From positions 11,665 through 75,664 of the forward strand of contig CAITYF010000197.1 in the NCBI GenBank assembly GCA_903896545.1: a stretch of 64,000 nucleotides of DNA, given 5' to 3'. Both the position numbers and the translations under genes were made by a program. This document shows, piece after piece, positions 1 through 9,942 of this stretch (position 1 is its first letter; each line of letters begins with the position of its first letter). The notes under the pieces were generated by a model, which searched no databases, was not told the origin of the DNA, and saw nothing but the letters and a program-made list of their open reading frames with translations. This DNA comes from an uncultured Myxococcales bacterium (GTDB lineage Bacteria > Myxococcota_A > UBA9042).

Positions 1-1016
1 GTCGCGCGGACGGTTTCCTTGTCGTCAACCTCGCGGGTGTACAAGTGAACGTCGCGCTGCGCGTACGGAATGTCGATGCCCGCGCGGCGGAATGCGTACC
101 AAATCCGCTCGCGCACGATGCTGTCTTTGCTGTGAATATGCTCGTCGATGTCGGCAAAATAGCGCAGGCGATACGCTGCGCCGTCTGGGTCAAACTCTTC
201 GATGATGACCGACGGTGCCATGTCGGTGCGCACGCCAGGCGCTTCTACGATCGCCTTCAGCAGCGTTTCGCGCACGTGCGCGGGCGAGAATTCGTACGGC
301 GCGTGCACCCGAATGCTCCGGCGCACCCACGGCTGCGGCTTGGACAGATTGCGAATCGACGTCTTGGCGAGCACGCCGTTGGGCACAATGATTTCAATGC
401 CGTCGTTGGTCAGCAGTTTGGTCGCCCGCCAGTTGATTTCAATCACCTTGCCCAGCGGTTCGCTCGAATCGACCAACTGCACAAAATCGCCGACCTCAAA
501 CGGCCGCTGTGCTTGGATCGACAAGCCCGCAAAGACGTTGCCGAGGGTGTCCTGCAGCGAAAGACCGATGACGGCGGTGATGAGCGCGGACCCGGCGAGC
601 AGCGAACTCAGCTCCACCCCGGCCGTGCGCGCGGTGACCAGCAACACGAGGAAGTAGAGCGCGACCTGCAGGATATCCCGAAAGATCCGCGGAATGGGCA
701 AGTTCAGCTTGCGGGCGAGCAAGCCGTCCAGAAAGGCCATCGCGCTTGCGTGCGCAGCGGCCGCCCAGAGAAAGAAAATCGACGCCGTCCGCAGCGGACC
801 CACTGGGACGTACGCAGCGGCCGTCGCGCTGACGGTTGCGAACAAAAAGTACGCGGCAAGCAGAAGCGCTGGCGCGCGCAGACGCGATCGTTCCGCGGGC
901 GGCAGCAGTACCAACGCCGCGGCGAGTGACACCAAGGCGATCACAACACCCGCGATCGCCGCCTCATGGGTAAATAACAACTTGTCCAGGAGAGCCTCGC
1001 TCGTTTCTGGCCACAT
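1..1016 (-). CDS. MscS-family mechanosensitive channel, 3' end beyond window
   Basis: Manual minus-strand translation from ATG 1016: several TM helices, then GLSLQDTLGNVFAGLSIQAQRPFEVGDFV...GKVIEINWRATKL...IIVPNG, the MscS signature. Absent from the ORF track because it has no stop in the window. Confidence 0.9.
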   Translation of the reverse strand, partial: MWPETSEALLDKLLFTHEAAIAGVVIALVSLAAALVLLPPAERSRLRAPALLLAAYFLFATVSATAAAYVPVGPLRTASIFFLWAAAAHASAMAFLDGLLARKLNLPIPRIFRDILQVALYFLVLLVTARTAGVELSSLLAGSALITAVIGLSLQDTLGNVFAGLSIQAQRPFEVGDFVQLVDSSEPLGKVIEINWRATKLLTNDGIEIIVPNGVLAKTSIRNLSKPQPWVRRSIRVHAPYEFSPAHVRETLLKAIVEAPGVRTDMAPSVIIEEFDPDGAAYRLRYFADIDEHIHSKDSIVRERIWYAFRRAGIDIPYAQRDVHLYTREVDDKETVRA

Positions 1017-1232
1017 CGCGCTGTGGCGGCTGCGCGGGCAAAGCTAGCCTCGCCGACACGTGCTGTAAACACCCTGCAAAACGCTCCGGGAATTGTTCGT
1101 GATTCAAACGGGTTGTAAGTAACGCTCAGCGGTTTGAGCCAAGGCACTTGCGCGCGGCGCGATTTGTGCTTACTTCTCGCGTCGCGAACGCGGGATTGCG
1201 CCGTGCACCATTGACGTTTCAGGAGGCTCTAC

Positions 1233-2633
1233 ATGAAGAAGGAACAAGTCATCATCACGCTGATGGCGGCCTTCATTGCCGGGTACATTTGGGGTCGCCA
1301 AGCGATCAAGTCGAGTCCGGCTGGCGCGGCCCTTGTGGCCGGTGAAGCGCCCGCTGCTGGTTCTGCTGCCCCGCCTGTTGCGGTTGAGCCCACGCCGGCG
1401 CCATCCGCAGCGCCGACTTCTGCGCCGCCGTCGGCTCCCGTAGCGGCTCCGCCCGCCCAACCGGCGCAGAACAACGCGCCTGCGGACCCGAATCAGATCT
1501 GGCGCGTGACGATCGACCCGGCTGACGGCCGCAAGGGCCCGGACACGGCGCTCGTCAAGGTCGTGGTGTTCGGCGCGTTTGGCAACCAGGAAACCGTGGA
1601 CTTTGCGCCCGCGCTGAATGACGTGATCAAGACGTTTGGCGACAAGGTGCAGATTCGCTTCAAGCACAAGGTGATCCCGGCACCGCATCCGGACGCGCAG
1701 ATGGCCGCGGAGGCGTCGCTCGCCGCGCAAGCGCAGGGCAAGTTCTGGCCGTTTTTCCAAGCGGCCATGAAGTCGACGGCGATCAGTCGTTCCGCCGTGG
1801 AAGAGGCGGCGCAGGCCGCGGGCTGCGACATGGGCAAGTTGAAGGCCGATCTGGATAGCGGTAAGTGGCGCGGTCAGGCGCTGAAGGACAGCCTGCTGGC
1901 CAATGAAGTCGCGGCGCACAGCTACCCGAACATCATGGTCAACGGCGTTCGTTTGTCGCCGCCCAAGACGTGGGACCACCTGAAGCCGCTCATCGAAGAG
2001 CAACTGAAGAAAGCCGAAGAGAAGGTGAAGGCCGGTACGCCGGTGGCCAAGCTGTACGAGGAAGCGATCAAGGGCGGCAAGTTCTTTGAACAGACTGCCG
2101 GTCCGGCGGCGAAGATCGTGACGGACGGTAGCCCCATCTTGGGCAACGCTTCGGCGAAGATCGAAGTCGAAGTGTATGAGGACTTCCAGTGCCCGTTCTG
2201 CTCCAAGATCGCCCCGTCGATCAAGGAGTTCCAGAAGCGATTCCCGAACGACGTGAAGATTGTCTACAAGCACATGCCGCTCACGGACATCCACGATCAC
2301 GCGCAACAGGCGGCTGAAGCGTCGATGGCGGCGGCGGCGCAGGGCAAGTTCTGGGAATATCACGACATTCTGTTTGCGAACCAGAGCGCGCTGGATTCGA
2401 GCAACCTGGAGACCTACGCGCAGCAAGCTGGGCTGGATGTTGCCAAGTTCAAGGCGGATCTGGCCAAGGGCGTGGGGCGCGACATCATCTCGCGCGACGC
2501 CAATGAAGGTCGGCAGGCGGGCGTATCGGGTACGCCGAGTGTGTTTATCAACGGCTTGAAGTACCAAGGTCCCAAGGGCTATCCGCCGGAAGGTCTGGAA
2601 GCGGTGGCGCGCGCCTATCTGGGCCTGAAGTAG
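1233..2633 (+). CDS. Membrane-anchored DsbA-family protein with two thioredoxin-like domains
   Basis: AGGAGG RBS, N-terminal TM and Pro/Ala linker. C-terminal domain has YEDFQCPFC and GVSGTP. N-terminal domain is homologous but lacks CxxC. Confidence 0.9.
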   Translation: MKKEQVIITLMAAFIAGYIWGRQAIKSSPAGAALVAGEAPAAGSAAPPVAVEPTPAPSAAPTSAPPSAPVAAPPAQPAQNNAPADPNQIWRVTIDPADGRKGPDTALVKVVVFGAFGNQETVDFAPALNDVIKTFGDKVQIRFKHKVIPAPHPDAQMAAEASLAAQAQGKFWPFFQAAMKSTAISRSAVEEAAQAAGCDMGKLKADLDSGKWRGQALKDSLLANEVAAHSYPNIMVNGVRLSPPKTWDHLKPLIEEQLKKAEEKVKAGTPVAKLYEEAIKGGKFFEQTAGPAAKIVTDGSPILGNASAKIEVEVYEDFQCPFCSKIAPSIKEFQKRFPNDVKIVYKHMPLTDIHDHAQQAAEASMAAAAQGKFWEYHDILFANQSALDSSNLETYAQQAGLDVAKFKADLAKGVGRDIISRDANEGRQAGVSGTPSVFINGLKYQGPKGYPPEGLEAVARAYLGLK

Positions 2634-2740
2634 CGGTCACATACGCGGACCGAATTCCGACGTCAGAGCCACCGACACCGGAGGAGGGAGCTCGCGTCCG
2701 AGATGCAGCACGCCTGCCCCTGCACGGCAGTCATGATCGG

Positions 2741-3409
2741 TCAGCACGCGTCGCCGGGCTTGTACAGCCCGTCAGCGTCCGCGCCCAGAAGCCCCGCGTC
2801 AAACAGCTTCTTGTCGACCGGGGAGAGCCGCGCGATCATCGCGGGCGTCAGGATCTGCGCATGCTTGACCGCGTCCAGATGCAGCGCGATGCGCTCAAGC
2901 CCCGCGTCTTCGGACATCCAGCCGAGCTGATCAAACTTCCGGAGGTCGACTGCGCCGGAGAATTCGCGCAGCGCTTTCTCGCCGTTCAGATTGTAGTAGA
3001 AGTCGAAGTAGCTCATGACCAACTCGCGCAGCGTCCGGTAGACCGGCTCGCGGTAGCGCAGGACCGTGGTGTTGGACTTGGCAATCGCGCCCCAGTGCCC
3101 GTCGATGCGGAAGATCGCGATGACGTGGTCGTCGTCGTTATGCGCGCGCATGTCCAGAATCAGCGGCGGCTGTTCCAAACGACGCAGTGCGGCGGCGGCA
3201 AACAACGCGCCATCAAAACAGTGGGCACGGCGATCGCGCAGAACGGAGAGGGGCGAACGGTAGATCGGCTCGGTCGAATACGGCGTTTCATCCAGGAAGA
3301 TCTGAATTTTCCATGGCGTATCCAGACGCGACAACGTCTCCAGCGCCACGTCTGGCCACTCCGCGGTGAGCATCGAGAAATCCAGTTCCAGGGCATTTTT
3401 GCGCGACAT
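2741..3409 (-). CDS. Conserved hypothetical, transglutaminase-like protein
   Basis: AHCFDGALFAAAAL...DDDHVIAIF..WGAIAKSN suggests a Cys/His catalytic core. Confidence 0.6.
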   Translation of the reverse strand: MSRKNALELDFSMLTAEWPDVALETLSRLDTPWKIQIFLDETPYSTEPIYRSPLSVLRDRRAHCFDGALFAAAALRRLEQPPLILDMRAHNDDDHVIAIFRIDGHWGAIAKSNTTVLRYREPVYRTLRELVMSYFDFYYNLNGEKALREFSGAVDLRKFDQLGWMSEDAGLERIALHLDAVKHAQILTPAMIARLSPVDKKLFDAGLLGADADGLYKPGDAC

Positions 3410-3535
3410 GACGGTCTCCGTGGGAAGCGAGGGCGGAGATAGCGGGCGCGGCGCGGGCTGTCAATCTGCGCGCCACGGCTGGACGGGGACCGCGCGACAG
3501 GGCAAGGTTGGCGCGGGCGATTCTTGGAGATCTCG

Positions 3536-4207
3536 ATGAGTGCAAGCGCGACGTCTACGCTTCTGGTGGCGGATCGGGTCAAACCGCTCCTGCGCGGCGT
3601 CTCCCACCAAATCGCGTTCTACCTCAGCCTCGTCGCTGGCGCCGCGCTCACCGCGCTTGCGTCGTCGGGCGTGCCGACGTGGTGCGCGTTGGTCTACAGC
3701 ATCTGCTTGGCGGCACTTTTTGGCATCAGCAGCGCCTATCACCGGCCCAACTGGAGTCCGAACGCGCGGCAGTGGATGCGCCGTCTTGATCACGCGGGCA
3801 TCTTCCTCATGATCGCTGGCACCTACACGCCGGTCTGTTTGCTCGCCGTCAAAGGTGAAACTGGCGAACACCTGCTCATTGCGGTCTGGATCGGCGCGGC
3901 TCTGGGTTGCATCAAGTCGGTCGTCTGGGTCAACGCGCCCAAGGCGCTCTTTGCTCTCTTGTGCGTCATCTACGCGTGGGCGGTGCTTGGACAATGGTCG
4001 GCGGTGCACGCTGGAATCGGCGATCGCGGCGCGTGGCTCCTCCTCGGCGGCGGCGCGTCTTACACCGTGGGCGCCGTCATCTACGCGCTCAAGCGCCCCG
4101 ACCCGTTTCCCGCGACGTTTGGCTACCACGAGATCTTCCACGCGCTGGTCATCGCGGGCGCCGTTTGTCACTTTTTCATCGTCACAGCGCTCGTCCTTCC
4201 GGCCTGA
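3536..4207 (+). CDS. Hemolysin III / PAQR family membrane protein
   Basis: About 7 TM; motifs SSAYH, RRLDHAGIFLMIAGTYTP, GYHEIFH. Start moved to the ATG after GGAGA. Confidence 0.92.
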   Translation: MSASATSTLLVADRVKPLLRGVSHQIAFYLSLVAGAALTALASSGVPTWCALVYSICLAALFGISSAYHRPNWSPNARQWMRRLDHAGIFLMIAGTYTPVCLLAVKGETGEHLLIAVWIGAALGCIKSVVWVNAPKALFALLCVIYAWAVLGQWSAVHAGIGDRGAWLLLGGGASYTVGAVIYALKRPDPFPATFGYHEIFHALVIAGAVCHFFIVTALVLPA

Positions 4208-4233
4208 GCGCGCACGCACGCGGGGGAACGCGG

Positions 4234-5301
4234 ATGACCGATTTCACCGACCAAGGCGGCCCGGTTCGCGAGGGCGAGGCGCTTGACGCGCAAGCCGTCA
4301 CGACGTGGCTGAAGCCGCACGTTCCGGAGCTGCAAGGTCTGCCAGAAGTGACGCAGTACGCTGGCGGCGCGAGCAATTGGACGTATCGGCTGCGCTATGC
4401 GAGTCACGATCTGATTCTGCGGCGTCCGCCGGCGGGGACGCGGGCCAAGTCGGCGCATGACATGGCGCGGGAATTTCGCGTGCAAGCGGCGCTGCAGCCT
4501 GTGTTCCCGTGGGTGCCCAACATGGTCGCGCTGTGTCAGGACGAGTCCGTGCTGGGCGTGGATTTCTACGTCATGGAGCGGATTCCAGGGGTGATTGCGC
4601 GCGCGCGCCTACCGGAAGGTCTGCGGTTGGATCGCGATCAAGCGCGGCAGCTGTGTCTGAACTGGGTCGACAAGTTGGCGGAACTCCACGCGGTCGACAC
4701 GCAAACGCCAGGGCTGGCGACGTTGGGCAAGGGCACTGGGTACTGCAAACGGCAAATTGACGGGTGGTCGGACAGGTACGAGAAAGCGCGGACGTGGAAC
4801 GTGCCTTCCTACAAGGGCGTACGCGCGTGGCTGCACCAGCAGATTCCGGCGGACGTCGCGACGTGCGTGATCCACGGGGACTGGCGGCTGGACAACGTGG
4901 TCCTGGATCCGACCGACCCGACGCGTATCATCGGCGTGCTGGATTGGGAGATGGCCACGCTGGGGGATCCGCTGATGGACTTGGGCAACGCGCTGGCGTA
5001 CTGGGTGCAGGCCGACGACGGTCTTCTCATGCGGACCACGCGCCGGCAGCCGTCGCATCTGCCGGGAATGCTCACGCGGCGCGAAGTCGTGGCGCGCTAT
5101 TTGGAAAGGACTGGGCGCAGCGTCGACAACTGGGCGTTCTACGAGGTCTACGGTCTCTTTCGTCTGGCCGTGATCGCCCAGCAGATCTACTACCGGTACC
5201 ACCATAAGCAGACACGCAACCCGGCGTTTCGCAACTTCTGGGTCTTGATTCACTACTTGCACTGGCGCTGCAAAAGTGTCATCGCCAAGGGGCACAGCTG
5301 A
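4234..5301 (+). CDS. APH/phosphotransferase family protein (ACAD10/11 kinase-like)
   Basis: GGASNWTY, LILRRPP, AHDMARE, IHGDWRLDN, VLDWEMATLGDPLMDL. Confidence 0.9.
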   Translation: MTDFTDQGGPVREGEALDAQAVTTWLKPHVPELQGLPEVTQYAGGASNWTYRLRYASHDLILRRPPAGTRAKSAHDMAREFRVQAALQPVFPWVPNMVALCQDESVLGVDFYVMERIPGVIARARLPEGLRLDRDQARQLCLNWVDKLAELHAVDTQTPGLATLGKGTGYCKRQIDGWSDRYEKARTWNVPSYKGVRAWLHQQIPADVATCVIHGDWRLDNVVLDPTDPTRIIGVLDWEMATLGDPLMDLGNALAYWVQADDGLLMRTTRRQPSHLPGMLTRREVVARYLERTGRSVDNWAFYEVYGLFRLAVIAQQIYYRYHHKQTRNPAFRNFWVLIHYLHWRCKSVIAKGHS

Positions 5302-5993
5302 TGGGCGTGGTGTACCTGATTCGCCACGGTCAGGCGTCGTTTGGCGCGGCCAATTACGACCAGCTTTCACAAGTTGGCGAGCGACAGGCGCGCGTGCTTG
5401 GACAGACGCTGCGGGCGCGCTCGCCGCAACTGGACGCGGCTTACGCCGGCGCGATGCAGCGGCACCGGCAGACCGCGGAGCCTGCGCTGACGGCATGGAC
5501 GTCCGCGCCGCCATTGCAGGTACACGCGGGCTTCAATGAATTTGACCATCAGGAAGTGCTGGTGCGCTTCAAACCCGCGTACGCGAACAGACTGCTTTTG
5601 GCGGCGGACATGGCGCGCACGCTGCAGCCGCGCAAGGCATTTCAAGCGGCGTTTGACGCGGCGGCGGCGCGTTGGCTGAGTGGCGCGCACGATGACGAGT
5701 ACGCGGAGCCTTGGCCAGTCTTTCGCGAGCGGTGCGTGACCGCGTTGCACGACGTCATCGCCGCGCTGGGGCCGTCACGCACGGCAGCGGTGTTCACATC
5801 GGGTGGAACAATCAGCGCGATTTTGCAGCATCTGCTCGGCCTGCCGGACGATCGCGTCTTTGCGCTCAATCGCACATTGGTCAACTGCGGCGTGACCAAA
5901 CTTGTCTACGGCGCGAACGGCACGTACGTTTCCACCTGGAACGAGCACAGCCATCTGGAAGGCGACGCCGGCGCGCTCCTCACCTACCGCTAA
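5301..5993 (+). CDS. Histidine phosphatase (phosphoglycerate mutase) family protein
   Basis: LIRHGQAS motif; start overlaps the previous stop. Confidence 0.9.
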   Translation: MGVVYLIRHGQASFGAANYDQLSQVGERQARVLGQTLRARSPQLDAAYAGAMQRHRQTAEPALTAWTSAPPLQVHAGFNEFDHQEVLVRFKPAYANRLLLAADMARTLQPRKAFQAAFDAAAARWLSGAHDDEYAEPWPVFRERCVTALHDVIAALGPSRTAAVFTSGGTISAILQHLLGLPDDRVFALNRTLVNCGVTKLVYGANGTYVSTWNEHSHLEGDAGALLTYR

Positions 5994-6005
5994 CGGAGAC
6001 ACACG

Positions 6006-6752
6006 ATGCGCAAGACGATCCTCATTACGGGTGCCAGTTCCGGCTTGGGCGAAGGCTTGGCCCGCGAATTCGCCGCGCATGGGCGTGACTTGGCGCTCTG
6101 CGCGCGGCGGACGGAACGGCTCGAAGCATTGCGCGCGGAGCTGCTGGCCAAGCATCCCGGCATCCAGGTGTCGGTTCGGGCGCTCGACGTGAACGATCAC
6201 GCGCAAGTATTTGAAGTGTTCGCCGCTTTTGCAGCGGAATTTGGCACGCTCGATCGGATCATCATCAACGCGGGCATCGGGGAAGGGCGGCGCATCGGCA
6301 CGGGGCACTTTGCGACGAACTTGAAGACGGCGGAGACGAACTTCATCGCCGCGTTGGCGCAATGTGAGGCCGCGGTCGAGATCTTCCGGCGGCAGAAGGA
6401 CGGGCATCTGGTGGCGATTTCTTCGATGAGCGCGTTGCGCGGCATGCCCAAGCACCTCACGGCGTACGCGGCGACCAAGGCGGGGCTGGCGAATCTGGCC
6501 GAGGGCATTCGCGCGGAACTCCTCAACACGCCGATCCGCGTCAGTACGATCTTTCCCGGCTACATCTCGACGGAAATCAACGCCGGGGCGAAGGGACTGC
6601 CGTACCTCGTCGACGCCGCGACTGGATGTCGGCAACTCTTTGCGGCGATTGAGCGTGAACCCGTGAAGGCGTACGTGCCTGCCTATCCTTGGGCGATCCT
6701 CGGTCTGTGGATGCGGTTTATGCCGCTGAAGTGGCTGGCAAAAATGACCTAG
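6006..6752 (+). CDS. Short-chain dehydrogenase/reductase
   Basis: TGASSGLG, INAG, YAATK. Confidence 0.92.
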   Translation: MRKTILITGASSGLGEGLAREFAAHGRDLALCARRTERLEALRAELLAKHPGIQVSVRALDVNDHAQVFEVFAAFAAEFGTLDRIIINAGIGEGRRIGTGHFATNLKTAETNFIAALAQCEAAVEIFRRQKDGHLVAISSMSALRGMPKHLTAYAATKAGLANLAEGIRAELLNTPIRVSTIFPGYISTEINAGAKGLPYLVDAATGCRQLFAAIEREPVKAYVPAYPWAILGLWMRFMPLKWLAKMT

Positions 6753-6760
6753 GCGACTCC

Positions 6761-9007
6761 TCAGAGCGGCGAGTAGAAGAAGCGCAACTGCAAACCCTGC
6801 TCGTAGGCGAACGGGTCGAGCGGATTGACGTTCGGCTGGCGCACGACGTTGAGGGTGTAGGTGACCGATGCGAAGCTGCTCAAGCGCAGGCTCAGCGTGT
6901 TGCGCCACGTCATCTGCGTTGCGGTCAGACCTTCAAACGGCAGGAGCATGTCAAATTCGGTGGAGGCCTGCAGGTAGCGCGACAGACGCGCTTGGCCGAG
7001 GGCGGAGACTTCGACGCCGGTCAGCACAGTGCCGCGGACTTGGCGCATCTCAAACGCGGCGGTGGACGCAGAGTCTGCGGGGACGAGTTGGCCGTTGGTG
7101 ACGTATTGGCGCGAGCCAAGACCGCTGCGGAGGTCGAGGTCCAAGAAAACGTTGTGGAGGACGCGGAAGTTCGCGCCGGCGCCTTGTTTGAGCTGGATGG
7201 GGGCGAACGAGGTGGCGAGCTCGAATTGGGAGACGCCGAGGCCGTCGGAGCCCGAGTGGGTGGAGAGGGTGTTGCCGTCAGCGTCTTGGACAACAACAGC
7301 CGTAGGCTTTGTCATGTATACGTAATGGTTAAACAAACTCGTCTCTCCGCCGATGCGGACGTACGGCCCGATCCACGGCAGGTACTGGTAGATGTAAACT
7401 GAGTTCAGGTACACCCGGTCCTTCGTCGACTGCAGGCGGCCGTCGAGGAGGTTTCCCGGCTTGTTGTCCGCGCCCATGATCGGCGTGAGCGTCTGGCCTT
7501 CTTCGATCTCCAGACGGGTGGTCCACACGTGCTGGTCGGTCTTGTACTGCAAGCGATTGTCGGTGAAGAGGTCGATGCCGAGGCTGCTGCCGGCCGGTGC
7601 GCTGGAGAAGCCTTCGGTGCGGCTGGTGAGCAACACGCTGCCGCCGAGCGATGAGCGGATGCTCCAGTGGCTGTCGATGCTGTGGCCACTTTCCGGTTCA
7701 GCGACGCCCGCGCCGAGGAAGTCGCGGGAGACTTCGTCCTGCACCAGCGTAAACGGAACGGCCATGCCAGCGAGAAGTCGTACCGTAGAGAAATTCGTCC
7801 GGGCCCGGTACGTAGACCCCGACTGAATCAACTTGTGCAGGCCTGGTTGCAGAATCCAGACTTGCGTTTCCTGACCCAACTCTTCGTTCACACCGTAGCC
7901 CACGCCGAGGTACTCGCGGTCGTCCATGCGAATGAGCTCGTAGGTGCCCAAGAATGGAATGAAATTGATGTTGACGACCGACACGTCCAGTGCTGCCCAA
8001 TCTGGCGTCACAATGCTGGTTTCTCCTTCAACCACCGTGACCTCGCGCACGACGTGCTGCGACGCTGGCCCCGAACCAAACTCCACCTGATAGTTGCCCG
8101 GTGAGACCGGGATGCGACGTCCCATCGTCCCTGTGGCGACGCGCTTGCCATCGGCCAGCACGGTCACAGGCGGTTCGCGGTCTGGCTTCTGACTAAGAGC
8201 CGGCAGGAAAATCGCGCCTTGTCCCGCCATCACCGGCGTCGGGTCGGATTGGTACTGCTCCGAGTGCCGCCAGTTCACATGGACACCGTTCGTTCCGTCA
8301 AAAACCTCGTTCGCAAAACTCGTCGGTGGCGGCGCGCTCGCATCGGCCGTCGGCGTGATGTCGTGGGCCATCGGCGTGTGCACCGGCACCGGTTTGCCCG
8401 CGACAACGGCATCCACTTCCGGCAAGGCGATCTGCATCTGCTCGTGCAAGATTTCCGACATCGCACGCACGACGAGTCCGACGTTTTGCTCAGCGAGTGG
8501 CCGTCGCTCGTCAAACGAGAATTGCCAGACAGTGCGGTTGTCCTCAAAACGCGTGAGCCGCAGCGTCATCGCCAGGTGTGCGAACCACTGAGTGCCGCCT
8601 TCCAGTTCCTCAATCGCCTGCACGGATGCGTCCAGCACGTAGTTCGGCGGCTTTTCACCCAAACGCTCCACGACGCTACGGAACGTGCCCGACGCCGTGA
8701 ATGCCTGCGCGAGCAATTGGCCAAGCATGCGCGACGGGCGATCGGCCCAGTTGTTCTGGCGGAAAAACTGCAATTCCTGCGGCGAAATCCGGTAGACGAT
8801 CTGCGGGCGGTTGTACACCGGCGACACATCGACTTCATGCAGCAGCAACTCCGGCCCCTTGCGGGCGGGCGGCGGCGCTGTCACCGGCGGTAGGTTCATC
8901 GTGTAGTAACGTTGCTCGGCGGTGGTCGCACCGAAACAACTGGCCAGCAGCAGCGGCACGCATAGCCACAGGCGTTGGGCGGTTTGCATGGTCGCGCTCC
9001 TCCTCAT
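6761..9007 (-). CDS. PqiC-like ABC auxiliary lipoprotein fused to a large C-terminal beta-rich (probable OM barrel) region
   Basis: Lipobox LLASC, then YYTM...YNRPQIVYR...NNWADRPS (PqiC-like). A ~550-aa extension follows, with amphipathic strands ending QGLQLRFFYSPL. Confidence 0.7.
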   Translation of the reverse strand: MRRSATMQTAQRLWLCVPLLLASCFGATTAEQRYYTMNLPPVTAPPPARKGPELLLHEVDVSPVYNRPQIVYRISPQELQFFRQNNWADRPSRMLGQLLAQAFTASGTFRSVVERLGEKPPNYVLDASVQAIEELEGGTQWFAHLAMTLRLTRFEDNRTVWQFSFDERRPLAEQNVGLVVRAMSEILHEQMQIALPEVDAVVAGKPVPVHTPMAHDITPTADASAPPPTSFANEVFDGTNGVHVNWRHSEQYQSDPTPVMAGQGAIFLPALSQKPDREPPVTVLADGKRVATGTMGRRIPVSPGNYQVEFGSGPASQHVVREVTVVEGETSIVTPDWAALDVSVVNINFIPFLGTYELIRMDDREYLGVGYGVNEELGQETQVWILQPGLHKLIQSGSTYRARTNFSTVRLLAGMAVPFTLVQDEVSRDFLGAGVAEPESGHSIDSHWSIRSSLGGSVLLTSRTEGFSSAPAGSSLGIDLFTDNRLQYKTDQHVWTTRLEIEEGQTLTPIMGADNKPGNLLDGRLQSTKDRVYLNSVYIYQYLPWIGPYVRIGGETSLFNHYVYMTKPTAVVVQDADGNTLSTHSGSDGLGVSQFELATSFAPIQLKQGAGANFRVLHNVFLDLDLRSGLGSRQYVTNGQLVPADSASTAAFEMRQVRGTVLTGVEVSALGQARLSRYLQASTEFDMLLPFEGLTATQMTWRNTLSLRLSSFASVTYTLNVVRQPNVNPLDPFAYEQGLQLRFFYSPL

Positions 9008-9942
9008 TTGCCGATCCGCCGATCGCTTTGTTTGTCCGCGCTAAACATCAGAAGCGTCGGATTTTCCTTCACCGCCTGGCTGAAGTCGCTCAAGTCCGCC
9101 GACGCGTCGCGTAAGTGCCGCAGCGTCACGTCAATGTCCGCTTGGCTGCGCGTGATGACCAGATTCAGACTGTCCACCAGCCGCTCGACCTTGTTGACGG
9201 CGGCGTACACTTCACTGTGTGGACCGACAGACTTGCGCAGGTCTTCGGCAGCGCCCTTCAAGTCCAACACGAGCTCGTCCGCGTGCGTCACAACCAGCGC
9301 GGCGTTGTGCGAAACAATGGCGAGTTCCTCGGACGTCTTGCGTGCGTTCGCGATGATCGCCGCAACGTTCTCGCGGTTGTCCGTCAGGATACCCGCACTT
9401 TGGTCGAGGATCTGTTGCACGCTCGCCTGCGCCTTGGTCCCCGTCATCGCTTGCATGTGCACGAGCAAGTCGTCCAGCTTCTCGCCGATGGACGCCGCGC
9501 GTTCCGAAAGTGAATCGAGGAACGAATCGCCGGGTGGGATGAACTCGCCCGGCTTGCGAAGCCGCATCTTGGGCGACCCGCGCGAGATGTCGACGAACTT
9601 CATGCCCGTGATGCCCTGCGAACCGAGGCTCGCTTTGGAGTCCACGGCGATCGGCGTGTCGTGCGCAACGCTGATGGTGACCGCGATGACGGAGACGTTG
9701 TCGGGAGCGACTCCCAATTCTTCGACTCGGCCGATCTTGATGCCGCTGTACGTGACGTCAGAGCCAACCGAGAGACCTGAAAACGACGCGGCTTTGCTTG
9801 AAAAGCGGATGTGGTACGTGTCGCGTTTTTCCGTCAACGCGCGGCCCGCGAGCGCCAACGTCGCGGCGACGAGCACGGTCAAACCGGCGCCGACGAACAG
9901 TCCTAAGCGGACCTTTTGGCCCTTGGTCAAGTTGGCCATCAC
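9004..9942 (-). CDS. mlaD: MCE/MlaD family protein with long helical tail
   Basis: VRLGLFV TM, GLSVGSDVTYSGIKIGRV, GITGMKFVDI, C-terminal ENPTLL. Confidence 0.88.
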   Translation of the reverse strand: MMANLTKGQKVRLGLFVGAGLTVLVAATLALAGRALTEKRDTYHIRFSSKAASFSGLSVGSDVTYSGIKIGRVEELGVAPDNVSVIAVTISVAHDTPIAVDSKASLGSQGITGMKFVDISRGSPKMRLRKPGEFIPPGDSFLDSLSERAASIGEKLDDLLVHMQAMTGTKAQASVQQILDQSAGILTDNRENVAAIIANARKTSEELAIVSHNAALVVTHADELVLDLKGAAEDLRKSVGPHSEVYAAVNKVERLVDSLNLVITRSQADIDVTLRHLRDASADLSDFSQAVKENPTLLMFSADKQSDRRIGK

